The notes under the pieces were generated by a model. It searched no databases. It was not told the origin of the DNA and saw nothing but the letters and a program-made list of their open reading frames with translations. Source: a virus (Duplodnaviria; Caudoviricetes). From it: DNA of 25,992 nt. A program made the translations under genes and the position numbers. The stretch spans positions 1 to 25,992 of IMG/VR virus record IMGVR_UViG_3300014613_000094, one strand, 5' to 3'. Positions 17,668-24,468 of the stretch are shown one piece after another (within the stretch, counting starts at the first letter, position 1; every line of letters begins with the position of its first letter).

Positions 17668-18312
17668 CTATTTAGCGACAGTGAAGTCTGTTCCGCCATA
17701 TGGCTCGGTAAAATAGCCATCCCTTTGTAGTACCCTTGTTGCGCTATCCTGACCCGTAGCTATGCCTAGATGTACACAAGCTTCATTGGCACTTCTGAAG
17801 TTTCCTACAGCCTCAAGTTGGGTACCATTGCGCTTGCTAACTACGATAGCCCGCTTAGTGGTGGTATCGGTTTTACCTTTGGGACTAGCCTGTTTGTTTT
17901 CAGTCCAGAATATGTTAGTCCGTACCACTAAACCCTTAACTTTTGGATAGTGGACTTCTTGCCTGTCAGATTCTTCTTCCGTAGCGACAACTACACTACC
18001 TTTAAAGTAGATGGTTTCACCATTTTCAGTGTCGTCTACTTCTTCCCTAGTGACTAATACATTGGTCAAGTCATCCGTCCACACCTTATCAAGTGTTTTG
18101 GCTATCTTGGCTATAACAGCTTTCCTATTTTCCTTTGCGGTTTCCTCTTCCACTTGTCTAGCCAATTCCACTTGTGCTAGTTCCCTTCTGGTAATTCTAG
18201 CTTCAGCCTCTTGCTTTGCCCAATCACGTACACTTGGCGGATACTTAGCCGTTTGGTATTCCGCAACCTGTTCGTCTGTCAGATTCCCCATTAACGATTG
18301 TATGTTTTCCAC
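17668..18312 (-). CDS. Putative DNA-binding protein with C-terminal NUMOD1-like motif
   Basis: 214 aa, N-terminal coiled coil, C-terminal RAIVVSKRNG....VGNFRSANEACVHLGI resembling NUMOD1; has its own promoter and terminator. Confidence 0.55.
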   Translation of the reverse strand: MENIQSLMGNLTDEQVAEYQTAKYPPSVRDWAKQEAEARITRRELAQVELARQVEEETAKENRKAVIAKIAKTLDKVWTDDLTNVLVTREEVDDTENGETIYFKGSVVVATEEESDRQEVHYPKVKGLVVRTNIFWTENKQASPKGKTDTTTKRAIVVSKRNGTQLEAVGNFRSANEACVHLGIATGQDSATRVLQRDGYFTEPYGGTDFTVAK

Positions 18313-18424
18313 TTTTGTCTCCTATGAAGCTAATAGCTTTGATTCTAGCTTTGTGTCTTGACCACTAGGCTAGGACTATTAACTTGTTTGTTAAGGTTCA
18401 GACTAGGTATAAACCTATGCTAGA

Positions 18425-18453
18425 ATACTACTACATCTGGGCTACATTGTCAA
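18425..18453 (-). promoter_or_regulatory. Sigma70 promoter (leftward)
   Basis: Minus strand TTGACA, 17 nt, TAGTAT; boxA-like ACCTTAACAA downstream at 18397-18388. Confidence 0.7.
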
Positions 18454-18620
18454 GTGTATTCTAGACTATCCCACTATTAAACTGCTATAGAAAACGAAGG
18501 AGGTCGCTATGTCCGCACTGAAAATAGATATAAAACAGGCAGGAAAACCCACCCTGACAGCCCTAGTGTTATGTCAAGCAGGCTAAATAGGTGTCAAGTG
18601 TGAAATAGACTGATAGGGGC

Positions 18621-18649
18621 TTGTATAGTCATATCAGGCATGGTATGGT
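18621..18649 (+). promoter_or_regulatory. Sigma70 promoter of the early operon
   Basis: TTGTAT, 17 nt, TATGGT with TGn extension. Confidence 0.65.
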
Positions 18650-18664
18650 GATGATAGACACAAA

Positions 18665-18683
18665 GCACCTTAACAACTGAATA
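18665..18683 (+). promoter_or_regulatory. boxA-like antitermination element
   Basis: GCACCTTAACAACTGAATA just after the promoter, resembling rrn/nut boxA (CTTTAACAA). Confidence 0.55.
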
Positions 18684-18686
18684 GGA

Positions 18687-18982
18687 TAGATACCTGCTGG
18701 TAGTGGGTAAGCACTGACTAAACTATCAGGAGGTTGAGATGTATACAGATAAGAATTACAGGACAAAAAAGGAATTGATTACTGACTTCAAAGTTGGTAA
18801 GAAGATAAGGGTTTACCAGCCTGGTGGTATCTTCCCAGGTCAGACAGATGGTGAGGTAGTTATTGAGATGCCTCACTATCCAGAACCACATCGCTCCTAT
18901 GCTCAAGCTACTATCCAAGATGGTATTATAATAAGAGTTAAGTAATCTGGTGTAGGACTTACCTCCTGCCAGCAGGTATCTA
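18687..18982 (+). repeat. 25-nt inverted repeat enclosing the first early gene
   Basis: TAGATACCTGCTGGTAGTGGGTAAG (18687-18711) pairs with CTTACCTCCTGCCAGCAGGTATCTA (18958-18982): 22 Watson-Crick, 2 G-U, 1 mismatch. Confidence 0.85.
18739..18945 (+). CDS. Small phage early protein
   Basis: 68 aa, SD AGGAGG; NY.TKKEL...VYQPGG...PHYPEPH.. motif; function unknown. Confidence 0.8.
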   Translation: MYTDKNYRTKKELITDFKVGKKIRVYQPGGIFPGQTDGEVVIEMPHYPEPHRSYAQATIQDGIIIRVK

Positions 18983-18996
18983 CAGAAAGGAGGAGA

Positions 18997-19200
18997 ATGA
19001 ACGGGAAAGAGTTATCCAAACATATCCAGATAGACCAGAAGCTCCCTGCTATCCTGTGTGGCAACCTCAAGATACCATGTGGGCAGAGGAGAGCCAACAA
19101 GTCCTGCAGGTGTGATACCTGTGCTTACGCTATTAAGACCCATGACTTTCCACTGAACATGAAAGAGGTATTGGTAGCATACAGTAAAAATAGGAATTAG
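18997..19200 (+). CDS. Small Cys-rich hypothetical protein
   Basis: 67 aa, SD AAAGGAGG; C-x6-C...CxCxxC. Confidence 0.7.
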   Translation: MNGKELSKHIQIDQKLPAILCGNLKIPCGQRRANKSCRCDTCAYAIKTHDFPLNMKEVLVAYSKNRN

Positions 19201-19217
19201 GGAAGGAGGCAAAGTAA

Positions 19218-19384
19218 ATGGCTAAGTGTTCCAGATGCAGGCAACAAGAGAGACTTGGGAGGTTGAAGCAGAAGATGAGTCTATGGCAGAAATGAAAGCC
19301 ACAGCAGGACAGGGAGAATCTTTGGGTGAGAAGATAATATCTGGGGAACTTATCCCTAATAGTATTGAAGTAGAGGAGGTATAA
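19218..19384 (+). pseudogene. Small gene with apparent frameshift near the start
   Basis: The SD-preceded ATG at 19218 reads MAK then an out-of-frame tail. The shifted frame gives FQMQATRETWEVEAEDESMAEMKA...IEVEEV and stops at 19384, abutting the next gene. Confidence 0.45.
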
Positions 19385-19385
19385 A

Positions 19386-19592
19386 ATGGATGAGTCAGTG
19401 AAGAATGAGATAGAACAGCTACTTCTCCAGCGAGTTCTGATTGATGCCAAAGAGGAAGAGGTCAAGGCTCGGAAGGAACTGGAGAAAATCTTTGGTCTAG
19501 TCAAGGAGATGTACAGACAGGCAGGAATACCTGTTTATGAACCTCTTGACCCAAACCAGAACTGGGAAGGAGTAATACAAGGAGGTGGGTAA
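19386..19592 (+). CDS. Hypothetical coiled-coil protein
   Basis: 68 aa, SD GAGGAGG. Confidence 0.75.
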   Translation: MDESVKNEIEQLLLQRVLIDAKEEEVKARKELEKIFGLVKEMYRQAGIPVYEPLDPNQNWEGVIQGGG

Positions 19593-19796
19593 ATGGAATA
19601 CCTAACAAAGCAGGAAGCAGAAGAGAGATTAAGGTTTGAACCAGAAGACAGTAAGTTTTGCCCAGATTGCCTGACTAAACTAGTTGAAGTTCCAGGTGAT
19701 GATGGGATGAGGACTTATTGTCCCAATGAGATGTGTCTGAATGATGAGTGGGAGGAATATCTTACCAATGCGTTCCGTGAAGGGAAAATTTGCTGA
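19593..19796 (+). CDS. Small zinc-finger protein
   Basis: 67 aa, FCPDC...YCPNEMC; SD GGAGG. Confidence 0.75.
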   Translation: MEYLTKQEAEERLRFEPEDSKFCPDCLTKLVEVPGDDGMRTYCPNEMCLNDEWEEYLTNAFREGKIC

Positions 19797-19877
19797 GGCT
19801 TGTGGTATGAACACAGAGAAGCACCTATCGCAAGCATTTAGCCTGTTATCTAGCCAATAAAATAGACTGATAAACAC

Positions 19878-19906
19878 TTGCATTTCACTTGGAGATACGC
19901 TATAGT
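19878..19906 (+). promoter_or_regulatory. Sigma70 promoter of the ubiquitin-like operon
   Basis: TTGCAT (19878-19883), 17 nt, TATAGT (19901-19906), 41 nt before the Ubl start. Confidence 0.7.
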
Positions 19907-19947
19907 CGTATGCGTAGGGATAAAACAAATAAGAAAGGAGGTGTAAG

Positions 19948-20328
19948 ATGCCGTACAGAGATGAGCATGGTCACTTCATCAGTGAGGAGGAAGCCAGAAG
20001 TCGGGGTCTGATAGAAGAGGAGCCAGAAAAGGAAGAGGAGGGTTACAGTGATGAGCCAGCGACTTCCAGAACTCCTATCTGTGAACGGGCTACTAGACCA
20101 GCGGGCTCTGTCTATGTAGATGTGGGCAGAGGGCAGCCACCAGTAGAAGTTCCAGTTGGTGCTCCCTTTGTCAAGATTCTGGACAGACTGGCTGAACAGG
20201 CTCACTATGGTGGGGATTACAGGGTGTTCCTTAATGGCTCAGAAGTCCTGTATATTGAGGAAGCTCCAGCCACCATAGAAGAAGGGATGAGACTGGCTAT
20301 CACCAGTTATGATAAGCCAGGGATGTAG
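19948..20328 (+). CDS. Ubiquitin-like (beta-grasp, ThiS/MoaD-like) protein with acidic N-terminal extension
   Basis: C-terminal ~75 aa show the beta-grasp pattern SVYVDV / PVEVPVG / helix FVKILDRLAEQAH / YRVFLNGSEV / TIEEGMRLAIT, ending YDKPG-M. SD AAAGGAGGTG. Confidence 0.8.
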   Translation: MPYRDEHGHFISEEEARSRGLIEEEPEKEEEGYSDEPATSRTPICERATRPAGSVYVDVGRGQPPVEVPVGAPFVKILDRLAEQAHYGGDYRVFLNGSEVLYIEEAPATIEEGMRLAITSYDKPGM

Positions 20329-20336
20329 TGGGGACT

Positions 20337-20706
20337 TGCTGGTGGCACAAAGAGGTAAGCCTTAAAGTCTACCTGATGGCTAGGTCAATAGGAGATAATT
20401 AAAGACTGCAGTTGCCTATGCTCAATAAAACACGCCAGCATAATGGTAGGGGATGAGATACTCCCCTGCCAGCAGGATAGAACTAATGGAGTCCAAGCTA
20501 GTATCCTAGTTATCTAGGCAACCAGTGAGGAGGTTAAACTATTCAGCTTCTATCCTGCTGATAGGGGACTAGCTTAAGCTTGCCCAGGTGGAGGAAAGAA
20601 ACATATAAGGTCTCTAAAAGGGCTAATCCCCTGCTAGCAGGACAAAAGAGTGATAAGGGTGGATTTATCCTAACGTGGCTCTTCTGTTCTGCTAATAGGG
20701 GATTAG
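20337..20706 (+). ncRNA. Structured intergenic RNA: three tandem stem-closed elements
   Basis: Stems 20337-20344/20433-20440, 20462-20482/20548-20568 (21 bp) and 20623-20650/20679-20706 (28 bp), sharing a (CCT)GCYAGCA(GG) core with G-U pairs. Confidence 0.55.
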
Positions 20707-20718
20707 GGAGATTATAAA

Positions 20719-21681
20719 GTGAATCTGAAAGAAGTTGTTGACAGCTTGGAGGCTAAAGACATCCAGCTTGCTATTGATTTAGGTGTGCATACTCGTTGTC
20801 TTATAGACTCTAACTGTCCCAAAGCAATAGAACTCAGGAAGCTGATAGGAGAAGCTGGTGTAGGACTACCAGAAATCCTTGAGGGGTATCAGGCTATGAC
20901 TGCTCCTGACCCCATCAACTGGAGTAATGATGGTTTCCAGATAGATGGTAAGGTAACAATCAGGGTAGCTGGTCGTGATTTAGAGCTAAACCTCACACAA
21001 GAGATAGAGGATAGATTGACTGACCAGATGCAGCGGAAACTACAGAACATACGCAGTCAAGAGAATAGGATACGGACTCTGGGACAGAGTTTATATAACA
21101 GGTATCTTGATGAGATAGCCGCTCAAAGAAGAACAGAGGCTCTCCCACAACTTTCCTTTCCCCAAGAAGATTTAATCAGATTTAACATTATGGTATCATC
21201 AGAGAAAAACAACTATATCTTTCTGTCTCCTTCTACCTATAGACCAGAATATATCGTAAGAGATGGGATAAGATATGAGCTATCCCCTGCTGATAAGAAA
21301 GTTATCAGAAGGGATATAATATTCAAGTTTATAATAAACAGAGAAGGTAAGTTTATCCAAATAACACACCTTGATATGACTGGTAACCACTTCCAGCATT
21401 ACCATTCCAGAAATGCTGACTGTTGGGGACAAATAGAGCTTCCCCAACAGTGGGATAGGTCATTAGGGCAGTTGGACAGGCTGAAGATTGGTATATCCAA
21501 TGCTTTGGTTACTATCAACTATAACAGTCTCGTGCAACACGAACCTCCCAGTATGCCTGCCATAGATAGGATGCTGAGTAGAGCAACTGAACTAGGCAGG
21601 GAAGGGAGAATAGAAGGACAACCTGAAGTGATAGGTACAAGAATAGGGACTGGTGGTACTAGATGGGGAAGGAGGGAATAA
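20719..21681 (+). CDS. Prokaryotic E2-like conjugating protein with N-terminal coiled coil
   Basis: HFQHYHSRNADCWG followed by W...L..L...I..AL.TINYNS, paralleling the UBC HPN...C...W...LL..PN..S pattern. It lies between the Ubl and E1 genes. Confidence 0.65.
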   Translation: MNLKEVVDSLEAKDIQLAIDLGVHTRCLIDSNCPKAIELRKLIGEAGVGLPEILEGYQAMTAPDPINWSNDGFQIDGKVTIRVAGRDLELNLTQEIEDRLTDQMQRKLQNIRSQENRIRTLGQSLYNRYLDEIAAQRRTEALPQLSFPQEDLIRFNIMVSSEKNNYIFLSPSTYRPEYIVRDGIRYELSPADKKVIRRDIIFKFIINREGKFIQITHLDMTGNHFQHYHSRNADCWGQIELPQQWDRSLGQLDRLKIGISNALVTINYNSLVQHEPPSMPAIDRMLSRATELGREGRIEGQPEVIGTRIGTGGTRWGRRE

Positions 21682-21684
21682 GAT

Positions 21685-22365
21685 ATGACAGATGAGCTTC
21701 TTTATCAACGCCAAAGAGCAATAGGACTACAGATACCACGCTCAGTAACACTGGCTGGATGTGGTGGTGTAGGCTATATGGTAGCTCTGGCTCTAGCTTC
21801 TGCTGGTGTTCCCAACTTATACCTCTTTGACCCAGATATTCTGGAAGAGCATAATCGTGCTCGTATGTTTGCCTGTCAGTCCAGTATAGGCAAGCCGAAG
21901 GTAGAGGTAGTTAAGGACTTCATAGCAGGAATAAGACCAGATTGTATTGTCGTAGCTGTTCAAGATAAGCTGGATGATATACTCCTTGATATACAGTTAA
22001 GAGTATCTGAAGTTATTGTTGATTGCACTGATAGTGTCAAGAGTCAGATAAAGATATACAAGGCTTGCAAGGAGAACAATATCCGTTTTGTCAGGGCTGG
22101 TTATAATGTCAACCACATCACAGTAACTGGTCATGTGTCAGGCTTCGTCAGGGGTGATACAGAAGAGACCTATGCCCAAGACCCAAGCTGGATAGCACCA
22201 CCACTTGTCCTTGCAGGAGAGGTGTTATATAAGATAATGAAGAGTCCAGACCATGAGGTGTCACTGGATTTAGATGAGATAGGGATACCAATCCAAGAGA
22301 AGACATCAAGACTAACTGCAAGATGTAATCAAGAAGGTAGAACATTAAGGAGAAGGAGATATTAG
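21685..22365 (+). CDS. ThiF/MoeB family E1-like adenylyltransferase
   Basis: YQRQ arginine finger, GCGGVG nucleotide-binding loop, D.D.LEEHN..R, IGKPKV, VDCTD. Confidence 0.93.
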   Translation: MTDELLYQRQRAIGLQIPRSVTLAGCGGVGYMVALALASAGVPNLYLFDPDILEEHNRARMFACQSSIGKPKVEVVKDFIAGIRPDCIVVAVQDKLDDILLDIQLRVSEVIVDCTDSVKSQIKIYKACKENNIRFVRAGYNVNHITVTGHVSGFVRGDTEETYAQDPSWIAPPLVLAGEVLYKIMKSPDHEVSLDLDEIGIPIQEKTSRLTARCNQEGRTLRRRRY

Positions 22366-22367
22366 AA

Positions 22368-23042
22368 ATGGCTACACGATGGACAGTAAAGAAGAGACCT
22401 GATAATGGTGTACAGTGTTCCCTCTGTAAAGCACCAAACATCTTCATAGAGCCTGTTCCTGCAGACAAGATAAGGCTACTGATGGATGAATACACCCATA
22501 CTGAATGGATAGCGTATCTGGTAGGGAAGGAGAACAAGGACAGTGGTGATATTTTTGTGGAGGATATTGTTATACCTCCCCATGAGGAAGCCAATGGAGC
22601 TTCCTGTCTGGCTGAACCTTTCCATATACCCAAGCAGGGATGTGTAGGTGTTATACATAGTCATCACAGCATGGGAGCTTTCCACTCTGGACAAGATGAC
22701 CATACAGTAGACAGGAACTTCCCTATATCAATTACTGTATCCAAGAAAACTACTAACTTGGAGTGGGATGCTATCAGTCATGTTACTACCCCTTGTGGTA
22801 AGCATACTACTCTCAAATGTCCTGTCAAATATGTTCAGCTTAGACCTTTGTTTGACAGACAGGAATTTCTGGCTGGAGCAAAGAAGAAAATAGAGAAGGG
22901 GATAGATAAACCAACAGTAAGTTTTGTTCCTATCAGGTATAGATTGCAGGATGAAAACCTTAACTGTGTTATTGATGGCACTGGGAAAGTTATATCTGGT
23001 CAAGAATATAAGAAACTGATGGCTTCTATCTATAAGGACTGA
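22368..23042 (+). CDS. JAB/JAMM (MPN+) metallopeptidase
   Basis: Catalytic Glu in EWIAYLVG and intact HSH-x7-S-x2-D (HSHHSMGAFHSGQD). Confidence 0.92.
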   Translation: MATRWTVKKRPDNGVQCSLCKAPNIFIEPVPADKIRLLMDEYTHTEWIAYLVGKENKDSGDIFVEDIVIPPHEEANGASCLAEPFHIPKQGCVGVIHSHHSMGAFHSGQDDHTVDRNFPISITVSKKTTNLEWDAISHVTTPCGKHTTLKCPVKYVQLRPLFDRQEFLAGAKKKIEKGIDKPTVSFVPIRYRLQDENLNCVIDGTGKVISGQEYKKLMASIYKD

Positions 23043-23043
23043 T

Positions 23044-23292
23044 ATGAATATTTGGGATAATAAAGATTTATTGGACAGACTTGAGAAACAAAGGGACTCG
23101 GTAAGGGAATCAGGTAAAAGGCTTACCTTTGACTGTTTTTCTCTCAAGGTAAAAGGGGACAGAGCACACTGTTCAATGGGAATAAGACTTGGGCAAGCTA
23201 AGGATAGTAGTCTGGATATAGTAACTGTCCTTCGTGGTATTTGTTCGGGAAGCTGTAAGAAGTGTGCCTACTTCAATACAGAAGATGATTGA
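23044..23292 (+). CDS. Cys-rich hypothetical protein, last gene of the Ubl operon
   Basis: 82 aa starting 1 nt after the JAB stop; DCF...HC...ICSGSCKKC. Confidence 0.7.
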   Translation: MNIWDNKDLLDRLEKQRDSVRESGKRLTFDCFSLKVKGDRAHCSMGIRLGQAKDSSLDIVTVLRGICSGSCKKCAYFNTEDD

Positions 23293-23309
23293 AATAACCT
23301 GCAATAGCC

Positions 23310-23338
23310 TTGACAAGTGTAAGGAGGTGTAGTAGGAT
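23310..23338 (+). promoter_or_regulatory. Sigma70 promoter-like element overlapping an SD
   Basis: TTGACA, 17 nt, TAGGAT; the spacer contains AAGGAGGTG and the -10 overlaps the ATG at 23337. Confidence 0.5.
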
Positions 23339-23522
23339 GGATAAGGTAGAACTGTCAACAGAGAAACCCAAATGCCCAGAGTCCAGACAGACTGTCTATT
23401 ACCTAATACCCAGATGCAACCTTAATGACAAGCCCTGTGTACTGGAGTCTGGGTATAATTGTCCATATTACGAAGGTTACTTAAAGGAGGTTATTGGTGA
23501 AGAAGAAGTAACAGTTGTTTGA
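23337..23522 (+). CDS. Small four-Cys protein (61 aa)
   Basis: Start revised to ATG at 23337 after SD AAGGAGG; CP...C.L..KPC.L...CPYY. Confidence 0.7.
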   Translation: MDKVELSTEKPKCPESRQTVYYLIPRCNLNDKPCVLESGYNCPYYEGYLKEVIGEEEVTVV

Positions 23523-23555
23523 TAAGGATTACAGTAATTTAATAAGGAGGAAATT

Positions 23556-23732
23556 ATGAAGATAGAAATCAGCTCCCCTTATGGGAAGGGGAGGACTAAA
23601 CCAGTCATCGACATTTCTGGTGGAATATTTGATTCCCCAACTGCTGTAGCTAGAGCCTATTTGGAAGTGGAAAAGGCTCTCAGAGCAGATGAGGTCAAAG
23701 CCAAAAAATCTAAAAAAGGAGGAGGTATTTAA
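23556..23732 (+). CDS. Hypothetical protein (58 aa, not in ORF track)
   Basis: SD AAGGAGG; MKIEISSPYGKGRTKPVIDISGGIFDSPTAVARAYLEVEKALRADEVKAKKSKKGGGI; TAATG overlap with the next gene. Confidence 0.75.
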   Translation: MKIEISSPYGKGRTKPVIDISGGIFDSPTAVARAYLEVEKALRADEVKAKKSKKGGGI

Positions 23733-24460
23733 TGCCAATCTATAATAAAGATGAAGCCAAGAGTGGTGGCTTCCAACAGGTCAGAGAAGCAATCCAAGTT
23801 TTTGAAGGAGATGTAGTTAAGGTAGAGGAAGGAAGGTGGGGTGGTCAATTGGTTAATGACCAGGGTAAGCCCAGACCACCAAAGGAATACTTTGAGATTG
23901 AGACTGCTAATAATGTGGTTGTTGAAGCCACAGAAGACCTGTCAATGGACATATCTGAAAGTTTCTCCTTCCGTGTTAATATGTCCGAGTATTCAGGCAG
24001 CTTCTGGGTAGATGCTTTTCTTGAGAGTGCGGACAGGAGCAAGATACTTCTCCCTGATGGTCTCAAAGGGAACAGGGTAACATTTAGGAAGATGACGCTT
24101 GAGGGGTCTGAGGAGAAGTATAAGGTTACCAACTTTGTTATTGATAAGGTAGTGAAGAAGGTAGCAACAGCACCAAAGATAGTAGCCAAGCCAGTAGCCA
24201 AACCTGTAGTAGTACCAAAGGTAGCCCAACCAGCAGCAGTAGAAGCTACTGAAGGTGGTGAAGATGACCCAATGGGACTGGCTTTGAGTCTTGCTATTGG
24301 TAAGACAGAGCAGCAGTTCAGAAGTGCTGCTGGTCTCCATCCACAACTAATTGGTAGTCAACTACTCCCTCTTATCAAAGCAGGACTAGCTTCCCAAGCC
24401 TTAATAGCTGAAGGTAAGATGGTTCTGGGTGAGGATAACAAATATCAGAAGATAGATTAA
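23732..24460 (+). CDS. Hypothetical protein, possibly ssDNA-binding/OB-like
   Basis: 242 aa; beta-rich N-terminal domain with aromatics, K/P/V/A linker and small C-terminal domain. Function is a guess. Confidence 0.5.
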   Translation: MPIYNKDEAKSGGFQQVREAIQVFEGDVVKVEEGRWGGQLVNDQGKPRPPKEYFEIETANNVVVEATEDLSMDISESFSFRVNMSEYSGSFWVDAFLESADRSKILLPDGLKGNRVTFRKMTLEGSEEKYKVTNFVIDKVVKKVATAPKIVAKPVAKPVVVPKVAQPAAVEATEGGEDDPMGLALSLAIGKTEQQFRSAAGLHPQLIGSQLLPLIKAGLASQALIAEGKMVLGEDNKYQKID

Positions 24461-24468
24461 CAATAGAA

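Noticed and set aside
17668-18312. Homing endonuclease
   Set aside because: Only a NUMOD1-like motif is present; no HNH or GIY-YIG catalytic motif.
20462-20706. CRISPR mini-array suggested by repeated CCCCTGCYAGCAGGA
   Set aside because: Copies alternate in orientation with irregular spacing, and there are no cas genes; these are hairpin arms.
21685-22365. ThiF as a thiamine or molybdopterin biosynthesis auxiliary gene
   Set aside because: No thiG, moaE or cysteine desulfurase nearby. The adjacent E2-like and JAB genes favour conjugation, though sulfur transfer is not formally excluded.
18718-24346. Minus-strand ORFs in the early region (e.g. 19133-19504, 22148-22633, 22728-23147, 23845-24201)
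   Set aside because: Antisense to well-supported + strand genes with SDs.
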